NCBI GenBank assembly: GCA_963758525.1
Contig: CAVWVQ010000001.1
Coordinates: 128,001 to 192,000, forward strand
Reading direction: 5' to 3'
Length of the DNA: 64,000 bases
Source: an uncultured Phycisphaerales bacterium
GTDB taxonomy: Bacteria; Planctomycetota; Phycisphaerae; Tepidisphaerales; Tepidisphaeraceae
The notes under the pieces were generated by a model, which saw only the letters and a program-made list of their open reading frames with translations, did not search any database and was not told the DNA's origin. The position numbers were made by a program, and so were the translations under genes. Each line of letters begins with the position of its first letter. The first letter of the stretch is position 1. Positions 1-10,449 of this stretch are shown piece after piece.

Positions 1-2611
1 TCTTGCGCAGGAAGTCGGACAGGGTGTACGTCTGCGCTTTCAACCGATCGCCATCGCGGTTGTTTGGGAGGATGTTGCTCAACTCGTCCTTGAACACCGC
101 CCAGCAACTGGGTTCCAGGACCACCATGGGTGTGCCGGCCTCGATGTGCGGCTGAAGTTTCTCCAGGATGTCGAGCAGCCATCGCTGCGCCATGTTGAGG
201 AAGCCATAGTCGTACAACGGCCGGCCGCAGCAGATGTCCTGCATCGGGACGATCACGCGGAAGCCGGCATCCTCGAGTATTTCAACAGCCGCTTTGGAAG
301 TCTCCACGTGGAAGTAATTGTTGAAGGTATCGGCGAAGAGAATCACACGCGGCCCGGCCGGGTGTCTGGGCTCATGTCTGGCGAACCATGCTTTGAAGCT
401 TTCGGGGGCAAACGGGGGGATGCGGCGCTTCTGCTCCATTCCCGCCATCCATTTGGCGATCGCGCTTAGCCCCGGCGTCTGGGTGCACCAGTTGAGAAGC
501 GTCGGCGCAACCGACGCCAGATGAGACCAGATGTGAATCCATCCGAAGGCATAGGCGTAACGTGGGCGCAGCCGCCCTTCGTAGTAGTGGCTCAGGAACT
601 CGGCCTTGTAAGTGGCCATGTCCACATTCACGGGACAGTCGCCTTTGCAACCCTTGCAACTCAGACAAAGGTCCAGGGCGTCCTTAACCGCCTCGCTTTT
701 CCAACCGTCCTCGATGATTTCGCCGTTCATCATTTCGAACAGCATCCGGGCTCGGCCGCGGGTGCTGTCTTTTTCCTCGTGGGTGACCATGTAGCTGGGG
801 CACATGGTGCCGCCGCCCTCGCGCCGGCACTTGCCGACACCAACGCACCGCAAAGCAGCTCGGGAAAAGGAGTGACGGTCCGCGGAATAGGAAAAGTGGG
901 TTTTAGGTTGCGGCGGGTTGTAGTCGGGCCCGATGCGGAGGTTTTGCTCCATCCCATAGGGATCGATGACCTTTCCGGGGTTCATTTTCCATTGCGGATC
1001 CCAGATGCCTTTGAATTCGCGGAATGCGTCCATCAATTCGCTGCCGAACATCTTGGGCAGCCACTCGCCGCGCGCTTGCCCGTCCCCATGCTCGCCGGAG
1101 AAAGACCCGCCATATCGCACGACCATGTCCGTCGCTTCGTTCATAAACGCGCGATATTGCTGCAACCCCTGGGCGCTATAGAGATCGAAGGGCACACGGC
1201 AATGGATACATCCCTGTCCGAGATGGCCATAGAGCGACGGGTGAAAGCCATATTTGTCAAAGAGCTTGCGAAGGTCGCGAAGATAGGAGCCTACTTTCGG
1301 CACAGGGACGGCTGAGTCCTCCCAGCCCGGCCAGGTATCGGGCAAGCCAGGCACCCAGGCGGTGGAGCCCAGGCTTCCCTCGCGCACCTTCCAGATCATC
1401 TCCTCCTGCTGCGGATCGTCGTACAGCTTCATTGACGGTGGATGTTTTCCTTTGGCCAGAGCGTCCATGCACCTGCGGGCCCGGGCATCGGAGTCCTCCT
1501 TTGAGTCGCCGCCGAACTCGACGAGCAAGAAACCTTTCCCCTCAGGAAGCAGAGCCAGGTTTGCGTTCTGATCCCCCTTTTTCTTGACGTATTCGAACAA
1601 CAGGTGGTCCATCCCCTCCAGCGCCGTGGGATTGAACGCAAGCACTTCAATGTTGTGGTCCGCGGCGGTGGCGATGTCCGGAAAACCGAAGATCACGAGC
1701 GTTCGCGCCTTGGGCTCGGGCACGAGTTTCAAGGTTGCCTCAAGAATGGTGACACAAGTGCTCTCGGTGCCAACCAGCGCCGCGGCAACATTGAAGCCGT
1801 TCTCCGGGAGCAACATCGGAAGGTTGAAACCGGAGACGCGCCGCTCTAATTGCGGGTACTTCGTACGGATGGCAACCTGGTATCGGTCGCGCAGGGATTT
1901 GAGTTTCGCGTAGATCTCTCCCTTGCGGCCCCCGGCGGCGATGATCCGCTCCAGTTCATCCGGCGAAGTGGGACCAACGCGAAATCGGGCGCCGTCGTAG
2001 GTGAGGATCTCCAACTCGTGCGTGTTATCGCTGACGCGAAGCCCCATCCCATTGTTCTTGCTCATCAGCGAGTGAACGCCGCAGGAGTTATTGCCGAGCA
2101 TGCCTCCGAGTGTGCAATGGTCGTGAGTTTCCGGATCGGGACCAAAGTTCAGGCCGTACTGGTGGATGGCAGCGTGGCGCAGGTCGTCGAGCACGCATCC
2201 GGGCTGTACTGTGCCTAGCCTCAATTTGGGATCGATGTGAATGACTTGCCGCATGTACTTCGAGAAATCGATCACCACGGCGACGTTGCAGCATTCGCCG
2301 GCCAGGCTGGTTCCCCCGCCGCGTGCGAGAATAGGTGCGCTGAACTTTCGCGCCAGCGCCACGGTTCGCTCAACATCCGCCGCGTGGCGCGGAATGACTA
2401 CGCCGATTGGCACCTGTCGATAATTGGAGGCATCGGTCGCATAGAGCGCGCGGGCGCCGGCATCGAAGCGCACTTCCCCGTCGATCACCGCCTTCAGCTC
2501 CGCTTCAAGTGAGTCGGGATGTGCGATGGACGTACGAGTATCGTCGATCTCCTCCCGTCGAAACCGCCGGGACTCAGTGTTCTCACGCAGTACTTTTAAA
2601 CTCTGATTCAT
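1..2611 (-). CDS. FAD-binding/(Fe-S)-binding oxidoreductase (GlcD/YdiJ-like), runs off window start
   Basis: Manual translation from ATG 2611: GEVRFDAGARALYATDASNYRQVPIGVVIP, later CLSCKGCKGDCP Fe-S motif; no stop seen in window. Confidence 0.85.
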   Translation of the reverse strand, partial: MNQSLKVLRENTESRRFRREEIDDTRTSIAHPDSLEAELKAVIDGEVRFDAGARALYATDASNYRQVPIGVVIPRHAADVERTVALARKFSAPILARGGGTSLAGECCNVAVVIDFSKYMRQVIHIDPKLRLGTVQPGCVLDDLRHAAIHQYGLNFGPDPETHDHCTLGGMLGNNSCGVHSLMSKNNGMGLRVSDNTHELEILTYDGARFRVGPTSPDELERIIAAGGRKGEIYAKLKSLRDRYQVAIRTKYPQLERRVSGFNLPMLLPENGFNVAAALVGTESTCVTILEATLKLVPEPKARTLVIFGFPDIATAADHNIEVLAFNPTALEGMDHLLFEYVKKKGDQNANLALLPEGKGFLLVEFGGDSKEDSDARARRCMDALAKGKHPPSMKLYDDPQQEEMIWKVREGSLGSTAWVPGLPDTWPGWEDSAVPVPKVGSYLRDLRKLFDKYGFHPSLYGHLGQGCIHCRVPFDLYSAQGLQQYRAFMNEATDMVVRYGGSFSGEHGDGQARGEWLPKMFGSELMDAFREFKGIWDPQWKMNPGKVIDPYGMEQNLRIGPDYNPPQPKTHFSYSADRHSFSRAALRCVGVGKCRREGGGTMCPSYMVTHEEKDSTRGRARMLFEMMNGEIIEDGWKSEAVKDALDLCLSCKGCKGDCPVNVDMATYKAEFLSHYYEGRLRPRYAYAFGWIHIWSHLASVAPTLLNWCTQTPGLSAIAKWMAGMEQKRRIPPFAPESFKAWFARHEPRHPAGPRVILFADTFNNYFHVETSKAAVEILEDAGFRVIVPMQDICCGRPLYDYGFLNMAQRWLLDILEKLQPHIEAGTPMVVLEPSCWAVFKDELSNILPNNRDGDRLKAQTYTLSDFLRK

Positions 2612-2936
2612 GAGGCACTCCAATATTGATGAGCCCGCATCCGGCGCGACGCGTGCGCAACCCTGATAGATCATTCAACAGATCGTGGGCGGCTGCTGAG
2701 GCGACGCTAACAACCCCTGGGCCGAACCAAGTACCACGCCATTGGCTGGGGGAAAGTGCGTATTTTCCGCATAAGTACCCTCATGCTTCCCCGCCATACT
2801 CCGCGACTTCTCCCAACTGGAAATTCGCAGGGGCTCCGTGGCGCAGCTCTTGCACCCCCACTTTGAGCGATTATCTCACGCGTAATCATCCGGCCGATGC
2901 CACTCCGCGCGGGCGCCGGAACTTCTTCAGCATTAA

Positions 2937-4139
2937 ATGAGACAACCCATGACTCAAGAACACGATCGTCAGCGCATGATGCTCAATCGACAGGTGTTGT
3001 TTGGCGGCAAAATCGACGCGGTGGTGTGCGCTCTTCCCGCCGACGTGCTGATGCTGTCGGGATACTGCCCAGTCGTCGGCAACAGCATTGCAATCGCCAC
3101 CCCTGAGTCGACGATTTTGATCGTCCCCGACGACGAAGCCGAATTAGCCGAGGCCGGCTGGGCCGATGACGTTCGCACGTTTGAGAGCGGTTCGCTGCAC
3201 AAATTGGAAACCCTCACGCAAGCGGTTCGGCCCGTTCTGGACGACGCGCTTCGTTCGCTGAGGCTCAGCGGGTCGCGCGTGGGATATGAGCAAGGCCCCG
3301 CCTTTCAGGCCGCTCCCTATGTCGCGATGGCGGTTTATGGTCCGTCTCTCCTTCACTTGTTGTCGAATTGCCTGCCGGGTTCGGCGTTTGTCCCCGCCGA
3401 CGACCTGCTCGAGCAATTGCGTTTGGTGAAGACCTCCGGCGAGATCGAGAAGATTCGCCACGCCTGTCGAATTGCGGGAAGTGCATTTACCGATGGAATC
3501 GGGCACGTTCGCGCCGGACAAACCGAAACGTGTATCGCGTCCTGTTTTCAGGATCGGCTCTTGCGGTCTTGCGAACAGGATCGCGCGATGGGATATGCCT
3601 TCTGCATGTCCGGCCCCAATGCGGCCAACGCATATAAGGCCTACCAGCGCTCGGGCCAGCGTGAGCTTCGGCGCGGCGACCTGGTCCTGGTTCACTGCAA
3701 CTCGACAGTTGGCGGCCTCTGGACCGACGTGACGCGCACTTATTCGCTGGGCGCGCCAGTCGAAGCGAAACGGCGAATGTACGAGGCCGTCTTTGAGGCG
3801 CGACATGCGGCTCTAGGGGCCGTGCGGCCGGGCGCCCGCGCCGCCGATGTTGACCATGCCGCCCGATCCGTTCTGACCGCTCACGGGTTTGGCAAGCAGT
3901 TCAAGCATCCCACCGGCCACGGGGTTGGCCTTGGCGCCATCAACCACGAGGCGTGCCCCAGGCTGCACCCTCTCTCGCAGGAAGGGCTGGACATCGGAAT
4001 GGTGTTCAATGTCGAGCCGGCAATCTATTTCACGGGAGACTGTGGCCTGCGCCACTGCGACATGGTCGCCGTCAGTGAGACGGGGGCGGAGCTCTTGACG
4101 CCGTTTCAGGATCGGCTCGACCGGCTTGTCATCGACTGA
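2937..4139 (+). CDS. Xaa-Pro peptidase, M24 family
   Basis: DVTRT, HPTGHGVGL, NVEPAIY metal-site motifs. Confidence 0.85.
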   Translation: MRQPMTQEHDRQRMMLNRQVLFGGKIDAVVCALPADVLMLSGYCPVVGNSIAIATPESTILIVPDDEAELAEAGWADDVRTFESGSLHKLETLTQAVRPVLDDALRSLRLSGSRVGYEQGPAFQAAPYVAMAVYGPSLLHLLSNCLPGSAFVPADDLLEQLRLVKTSGEIEKIRHACRIAGSAFTDGIGHVRAGQTETCIASCFQDRLLRSCEQDRAMGYAFCMSGPNAANAYKAYQRSGQRELRRGDLVLVHCNSTVGGLWTDVTRTYSLGAPVEAKRRMYEAVFEARHAALGAVRPGARAADVDHAARSVLTAHGFGKQFKHPTGHGVGLGAINHEACPRLHPLSQEGLDIGMVFNVEPAIYFTGDCGLRHCDMVAVSETGAELLTPFQDRLDRLVID

Positions 4140-5425
4140 TCCATCGTTCCATCGGCGGCATTGTTTGAGAGTTCACCCCGGTGATAGAGCTCGCGCGCCA
4201 TGCCGTTGAGTGGAAGACAAGACCGCCAATTCTGAATGATCTCCGCATAAGCCTTTTGAACTGGGCGAGGCTGCCGTTCTTTGTTGTAAAGCCCGCACGG
4301 GTTGGTGTTGTAGTTGATTTCGCGCAATGCCGTGTCCCAATCAGTCTGGTCAATCAGGCTATACCAGGTAAAGCCCAGGATCGGGACGGCATCCTGCTTC
4401 AGGCGAGTGACGTTCTTCCACTGCTTCTTCAACCAGTCCTCCGCTTCTTTCTCACTGCTGCGCCGGTTCGTCTCCGTATGCATAACGGGCAAATCATAAC
4501 GATCGAAATACTGGTGAGTAAGCACATAGTATCCGAAGATATCGCCGGTCGGCGGTGTGCTTCCGTCGCTCTTTACCAGAATTTCGTTTGTGCCGTAGTA
4601 GTCATTCCCCATGATGCAGTAAGGGGTGAGGAGACGGCCATTGTCCAGGAACCAATGATATTCCTCCCTGGTGAGCCCATTCTCTCTCAAGAACTCGTAG
4701 ATCAATCCGTTCACGTCGTGCCCGTAGATCAGGTCGAGAGCGACGAACCGTTTTTGATTGTCAAAGTAGGCTTCGCGATGGGTTTGCGGACTCTCCTGAT
4801 GGTAGTACGTGGTTGATTCGCTTTGTACGAACAGCGCGTCAGGTTGTACCTGTAAGATGGCCTGTTCGGCGAGGATCGTCGCCTGACACATGTGCTTCAA
4901 TGCCGTGACGAACGCTCGGTCGCTGCTCAGCCGCTCGTTCCACCAGCCGCGGCGCGCGGAAAACTCTGCACAAATGAAGATTTCGTTCACCGGGGTATAC
5001 AGCACGATCCACGGATAACGTTGGGCAAACGCCCGCGCGAAGTTGGCGAACGCGTGCGGAAATTCGGCGTTCTGGAAGCTCCCCAACCACTCTGGCAATC
5101 CGAAGTGGCACAGGTCCACGATCGGATGGATCTTCATGTCCCGCAGCTTGTTGAACGTCTCGTCGGGGAAATCCCAATCGTAATGCCCCTGCCTGCGGCT
5201 CACGTTGTGGTATTGCGGGCTATAGCGGAGGAAATGGATGCCGGTCTCCTTCACCAATTCGAAGTCTTGGCGCCAGTTCTCGTAATGTTTGGAAAGCTCG
5301 TATCCATCGCGTCGGACGAGTTTCCCTTGCCACTCGACGATGGGATAACTGCACTCGCAGCCTGTGGCAAAGATGAAATCCTGGTCGGCACGCTTTGCAC
5401 GGATAAGTGGAAAGTCGCTGGGCAT
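4106..5425 (-). CDS. Glycoside hydrolase family 1-like beta-glucosidase
   Basis: DLCHFGLP, TPVNE acid/base and HTETN nucleophile motifs, GFTWYSLID. Confidence 0.8.
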   Translation of the reverse strand: MPSDFPLIRAKRADQDFIFATGCECSYPIVEWQGKLVRRDGYELSKHYENWRQDFELVKETGIHFLRYSPQYHNVSRRQGHYDWDFPDETFNKLRDMKIHPIVDLCHFGLPEWLGSFQNAEFPHAFANFARAFAQRYPWIVLYTPVNEIFICAEFSARRGWWNERLSSDRAFVTALKHMCQATILAEQAILQVQPDALFVQSESTTYYHQESPQTHREAYFDNQKRFVALDLIYGHDVNGLIYEFLRENGLTREEYHWFLDNGRLLTPYCIMGNDYYGTNEILVKSDGSTPPTGDIFGYYVLTHQYFDRYDLPVMHTETNRRSSEKEAEDWLKKQWKNVTRLKQDAVPILGFTWYSLIDQTDWDTALREINYNTNPCGLYNKERQPRPVQKAYAEIIQNWRSCLPLNGMARELYHRGELSNNAADGTMDQSMTSRSSRS

Positions 5426-5474
5426 TGTGAAGTCCCTCGCTTGGGTGTCGGTCGGACTGGCGGATCATCCTGCA

Positions 5475-6557
5475 CTACATCCGTGCTTCGTCGCCTTTGG
5501 CGTTTGTGCTGCTCGTATCGGTGCGAAATCGATAGCGGTTCACCTGGCGATACGTCTGACCGGGCCGGAGGATGGTGCAGGGAAAATTCGGATGATTCAC
5601 GGAGTCAGGGAAGTGTTGCGGCTCGAACGCCAGCGCTCCGTACTTCTCATAGACGCCGCCAATTCCTTGAAGCGACCCATCGAGCAGGTTGCCGCTATAG
5701 AACTGCATGCCTGGCTGAGTGGTCCGGATTTCCATCGTTCGGCCGCTCTGCGGATGGGAAACGATCGCATAGGCATCGGAGCGACCGTCCCCGGCTGGAC
5801 CGAGGATGAAGTTGTCGTCGTAGCCCGCACCTTGGGTGCAATCGATCCTTGCGCCGACCCGTGCGGGCGCGGTGAAGTCCATTGGTGTGCCGGCGACCGG
5901 GCAAACTTCGCCCGTTGGAATCTTCTGACCGTTCACTGGCGTGAATGTCGGGGCTCTCAAGGTCAGGATGTGATCCAGAGCCTCGCCCGATCCCGCGCCG
6001 CCGAGATTGAAGTAACTGTGATTGGTCAGATTCACCGGGGTGGGCCGGTCCGTGCTCGCTTCATATTGGATCTCGAGCTCTGCCTGGTCGGTCAGCGTGC
6101 AGGTCACTGCGACAGAAAGATCGCCGGGGAAACCCTGTTCCATGTGCGGGCTCAGATATGTGAACTTCACGCCGCTACGATCATCCGCCTCAAACGTCTC
6201 TGCCCGCCATACTCGTTTGTCGAAACCGCTGGTCCCTCCATGCAGGGTGTTGCCACCATCATTGATAGGGAGGTGGTAGGTGCGTCCATCGAGCTCGAAG
6301 CGACCGCCGGCGATTCGATTCGCTACTCGACCAATCGTTGCACCAAAATACCGTCCTTTGGGCAGGTACGGGTCGACGGAATCAAATCCCAACACCACAT
6401 CGGCAAAAGATCCAAAACGATCCGGCACGTGCAATTCCGTCAGTCGTGCGCCGAAATTGGTGAATTTGGCGGTGATGCCCCCGGCTGCGGCTAAGACGTA
6501 CTGTTGCACGTGGATCCCATCGAGCGTGGTGCCGAAATCAAACGCTGCGATGCTCAT
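5475..6557 (-). CDS. galM: Aldose 1-epimerase (galactose mutarotase)
   Basis: GRVANRI, LHGG, NLTNHSYFNL, EPQHFPDS; likely start MSIAAF at 6557. Confidence 0.9.
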   Translation of the reverse strand: MSIAAFDFGTTLDGIHVQQYVLAAAGGITAKFTNFGARLTELHVPDRFGSFADVVLGFDSVDPYLPKGRYFGATIGRVANRIAGGRFELDGRTYHLPINDGGNTLHGGTSGFDKRVWRAETFEADDRSGVKFTYLSPHMEQGFPGDLSVAVTCTLTDQAELEIQYEASTDRPTPVNLTNHSYFNLGGAGSGEALDHILTLRAPTFTPVNGQKIPTGEVCPVAGTPMDFTAPARVGARIDCTQGAGYDDNFILGPAGDGRSDAYAIVSHPQSGRTMEIRTTQPGMQFYSGNLLDGSLQGIGGVYEKYGALAFEPQHFPDSVNHPNFPCTILRPGQTYRQVNRYRFRTDTSSTNAKGDEARM

Positions 6558-7602
6558 GAATACTCCCCGTTTCTTCCGCCTCTCACAGCCATGGCGGCCA
6601 GACCCACACCGATCACGGCCAGTCCAGCCCATAAGCCGGTGCGGTGCTTTGCGGCCCAGAGTTGGGCGCTTTGCGACCACGCTTTGTTGTCGAAGGGACC
6701 GTGCGATCCATGGTCGCCGGGCAGCGGCTTCCAAAAATTGTTTGGCTTGTCCCGGTCAGCCGGCTGGGGCAACTGCGATCCCTCCCACGCCGCGTGAGCG
6801 AGGTAGTGGTCGAGCGCGCCGGGGATGAATTTTTCGCCGACCACCGCTTCCACCGTGGGATATCCGAGCAACACTCGCTTGCGCTGCGGATGCTCCGCGG
6901 TAAAGACGATCGCGTCGGCGGCCACCTCCGGCTGATAGATGGTCCCCGATGGGCGCGGCTTGTGCGGCATGCGGTTCAAGGTCCAATCGAACTGCGTCGT
7001 GTTCACGCCGGGCAGGAGCACCGTGGTGATGTTGATTTTGCTCTTCTCGTGAATCAGCTCAGATCGAATGGATTCGGTGAAACCGGCGATGGCATGCTTG
7101 GCGCCGCAGTAGGCCGATTGAAGCGGAATCGATCGATGCGCCAGAGCCGATCCGACTTGCAAAATGGTGCCGTGGCCGCGCCGCCTCATGCGCTTGAGCG
7201 CGGCCATGGTGCCGTACACTTGCCCGAGGTATGTGACGTTGGTGATGTGCGCGTATTCTTCGGGGCCGATTTCCCAGAAGGGCGCGTACATCGAAACCAT
7301 CGCGTCGTTGATCCACAGATCGATGGGGCCGAGCTGGCTCTCAACGGCCTCGGCGGCTGCCTCGACCTGGTCGTAATGCGCGACGTCGGCCGGAAGAACC
7401 AGCCCGCGCCCGCCACGTTCCTCCACGTCGCGCTTTGCGCTTCCAGACCGTCGCGTCCGCGGGCAAGCAGGCCGATGGAATATCCCTTTTCGGCCAGCCG
7501 TCGGACCACCGCACGCCCCACGCCTCCCGATGCGCCGGTGACAACCGCTACGCGACCGTTTCCGATCGCCCAGGTGCTATTTGTGTGTTCGGAAGTGGAC
7601 AT
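6554..7602 (-). CDS. SDR family oxidoreductase (frameshift near 7435)
   Basis: TGASGGVG in 7186..7602 frame, YCGAK in 6554..7426 frame. Confidence 0.8.
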
Positions 7603-7647
7603 TGTTCTGCCTATTAAAATGGTGAAACGGGCGGCATCGCGCCGCGA

Positions 7648-8949
7648 TCAATTGGTTTTGCCTGCGATACGGTCCGAGGTCTCGTCGTCCACGATTGGCA
7701 AGACGTGGCCTCCGTAGCGGATCACCGCGACCGTCGCGTCCTTCCCCTGTTTATCCAGCGCCATCTTCAGCGCCTCCTGGGCCGTATTGGCGTAGCGAAA
7801 GCCGATTTTTGTCGCGTCTTGCGCACGCACTCCCGGCGAGACCATAATGCAGTCGGTCTTGTCCACGATCTGGCAGACATCGGCGAGAATCGCCACGCCC
7901 ACCAGATCATCCACTTTCCCTTGCTGAACCAGCCGGACGATTTCCGCGTGCGGGCGATACCCGATCTCAAGCAGGTTCTCGTGGTTTTTGGCGATTCCCT
8001 CCGGGTTGGGCGAGACGAGGATCAGCGAGCCATTGTCCTTGACGGCCATGGTGCCGGCGTAAGGGCCTTTGGCACTTTGCCAGAAGTCGCGGTCGGCCGA
8101 GTGGGAATCAATCAGCACGATGTCCGCGCGGCTCGGAAGGTGCGCCGCGTAGACTTTGCGGCTGCGCTTGCAACCCTCGCGGTGCGCCTCGACAAAATCG
8201 CCGATGAAGCAGCCGACGACTTTGTGCCGGATGTCGTACACGACGTTGACGATGTACGACAGCCCCGCGAGCCGAGCCGCCTCTTCCATCCGCAGGCGCA
8301 TTGAATTCTCCGGAATGCCCATCACCGTTTCGGACATGTGCATCGACGCTTCCCATTGATTGCGTTCCATGATCTCCTTGCCGGCAATTCCCGGAATCAT
8401 GATCTTGGCCCCGCCGCTCAGACCCTTCACGCGGTGCGGCAGGATGGCTCCGACACCCAGGACGAAATCGAACTCGGTGACAAGTTTATTGACCGTGACG
8501 CGCGTCCCGTCGCGAGTGGCTCCAAAGTCGTGCAGGCTCTTGTAATCCTTGTAGTGATGCTCGTGAACCTTGTACTTGCCGTTGAACGTGCCGAGCTTTT
8601 TCTCCAGCTCCTCTGGGTTCATGGGCCGATGCGTGCCTGGCGCTTGAAGAAATTCGATCGCGTCGTCTTTGATGCCGGCCGCATGAATCTCGGCGAGCAC
8701 ATACGGCAGGATGCGGGCGGTCGGCGTCATTCGCGTGGCATCATCGATCAGAATCAGCACGCGGCGCTTGCCTTTGACTGCCTCGCGAAGGCGAGGCGCG
8801 CCAATGGGATGGGCAAATCCGCTCTTTAACACCGCCGCTTCATCCACGTCATCGAATGCCAGGGGAGAATAGACACCCATCAGATTTTGATCGCTAACGT
8901 CCAGCGGCGCGATCTTCTCATAGCCGGGGTATGGAAAGTCGATCCTCAA
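7648..8949 (-). CDS. larA: LarA-family nickel-pincer 2-hydroxyacid racemase/epimerase
   Basis: DDATRMTP, GTH, PH..GLSGGAK..PGI, QSAK motifs; GAGGAG RBS before TTG start. Confidence 0.8.
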   Translation of the reverse strand: MRIDFPYPGYEKIAPLDVSDQNLMGVYSPLAFDDVDEAAVLKSGFAHPIGAPRLREAVKGKRRVLILIDDATRMTPTARILPYVLAEIHAAGIKDDAIEFLQAPGTHRPMNPEELEKKLGTFNGKYKVHEHHYKDYKSLHDFGATRDGTRVTVNKLVTEFDFVLGVGAILPHRVKGLSGGAKIMIPGIAGKEIMERNQWEASMHMSETVMGIPENSMRLRMEEAARLAGLSYIVNVVYDIRHKVVGCFIGDFVEAHREGCKRSRKVYAAHLPSRADIVLIDSHSADRDFWQSAKGPYAGTMAVKDNGSLILVSPNPEGIAKNHENLLEIGYRPHAEIVRLVQQGKVDDLVGVAILADVCQIVDKTDCIMVSPGVRAQDATKIGFRYANTAQEALKMALDKQGKDATVAVIRYGGHVLPIVDDETSDRIAGKTN

Positions 8950-9364
8950 GGTGACTCCTCCGATCTGCGGATGGCGTCCGCGCGAACCTCGAATGTAATG
9001 CTAACACTGCGCCGAGTGCCGAGGACCGCGCCATTTGCTTGAGGACGACGAGTCTTTTGCTCGCTCTGTCGAACCTGCTTCAGGATGTGTCGCGCTGATC
9101 GAGCGCGGCGATGACTGCTTCACAGGTTGAGTTCTTTCGCTGGACGTCGTGCGATTGACGGGTGGGCAGTATTTCAAACGAACAGCCCGGCCCGATGCCG
9201 CGGCGCAGCGACCGTTCGCCTTTACCACCGGCTGCTCGGGAAACGGATGACCCGAATCGAGCAAATCACGCGTCGGTTCGAAGAAATGAGCTTAGCTGTC
9301 ACGGGCCTTAAACTATCGTGACGAAACATTTCGTTCGCCCGATTCTGTCACTTGGGAGGGTGGA

Positions 9365-9760
9365 TTGGAGCGATTTCAAGTGGTGGCTCGCCCGAAAAAG
9401 ATCTTGCTGGTGGAAGACCACAAGGACTCGGCCGCTTTGTTGGCGCGCATTCTGAGAAGCTACGGTCACAGCGTCACGATTGCCTGTTCGTGCGAAACCG
9501 CACGCCAATTGTTCGCGACAGAACGGTTTGACCTGCTGCTGATGGACATCCGCCTCCCCGATGGCGACGGTTGCGACCTGCTGGAGGAGCTGGCCCTGAT
9601 GCGAAACATTCCCGCAATTGCGGTCACTGGCTACGGAATGCCAGTTGACACCCAGCGATTCAAATCCGCGGGATTCGTCGCGACGCTGATCAAGCCGTTC
9701 CAACTTTCAGCTTTGCAAGATGTGCTGGCTGCCATACCGGCCAACTCCGCAGGCGCTTGA
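9365..9760 (+). CDS. Single-domain response regulator
   Basis: LLVED, LLMDIRLPDGDG, KP receiver motifs. Confidence 0.8.
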   Translation: MERFQVVARPKKILLVEDHKDSAALLARILRSYGHSVTIACSCETARQLFATERFDLLLMDIRLPDGDGCDLLEELALMRNIPAIAVTGYGMPVDTQRFKSAGFVATLIKPFQLSALQDVLAAIPANSAGA

Positions 9761-9787
9761 GCACAGGCGCTGGAAACGGAACAGGAT

Positions 9788-10449
9788 TCAATGCAACGCC
9801 GTCACGCCTTGACGGATTGCGTAATGGGTCAGCTCCGCGACGCTATCAAGCTTGAGCTTGTCCATCACCTGCCGGCGGTGGGTGTCCACCGTTTTCGCGC
9901 TCAACTTCAGTATCATTGCGATTTGTTTGGAGCTCTTGCCGTCGGCGACAAGCTGTAGAACTTCGCGCTCGCGGGGTGTCAAGGTGCCGCCGCAGAATTT
10001 GCTGCTGTTGACTCCATCAACGCAACCCTTGACGACCACTCCCGCCACCTTCGGGCTCAGATAAACCTCGCCCGCCGCCACCGCGCGGATGGCGGCGACC
10101 AGTTCAGCGAAGGGACAATCCTTCAGCAGAAAACCAGACGCGCCAACGGCAAGCATTGCAGTGACGAACTCCCGTTCCAAATGCATGGACAAGCCGACAA
10201 CCTTCACCTGGGGATGCGCCGCCTTGACTTGCCGGGTTGCCTCGATGCCGTTCAGTCCCGGCATCGTGACGTCCATGACCATTACCTGTGCTCTTGAATC
10301 AGCGGCCAGTTCCACGGCCGAACGTCCATCACCTGCGTCGGTAATCACCTCGAGGCCTGGCTGGTCCGACAGCATGTTTCGCAAGCTTCGCGGAACATCT
10401 GATGGTCGTCGGCCAGCACAATTCCAATATTGGCTCCTTCCGTTTTCAC
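9788..10449 (-). CDS. NarL/LuxR-family response regulator (frameshift near 10385)
   Basis: GTG 10449 gives IVLADDHQMFRE; continues in 9788..10384 frame with LTPREREVL HTH. Confidence 0.85.
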
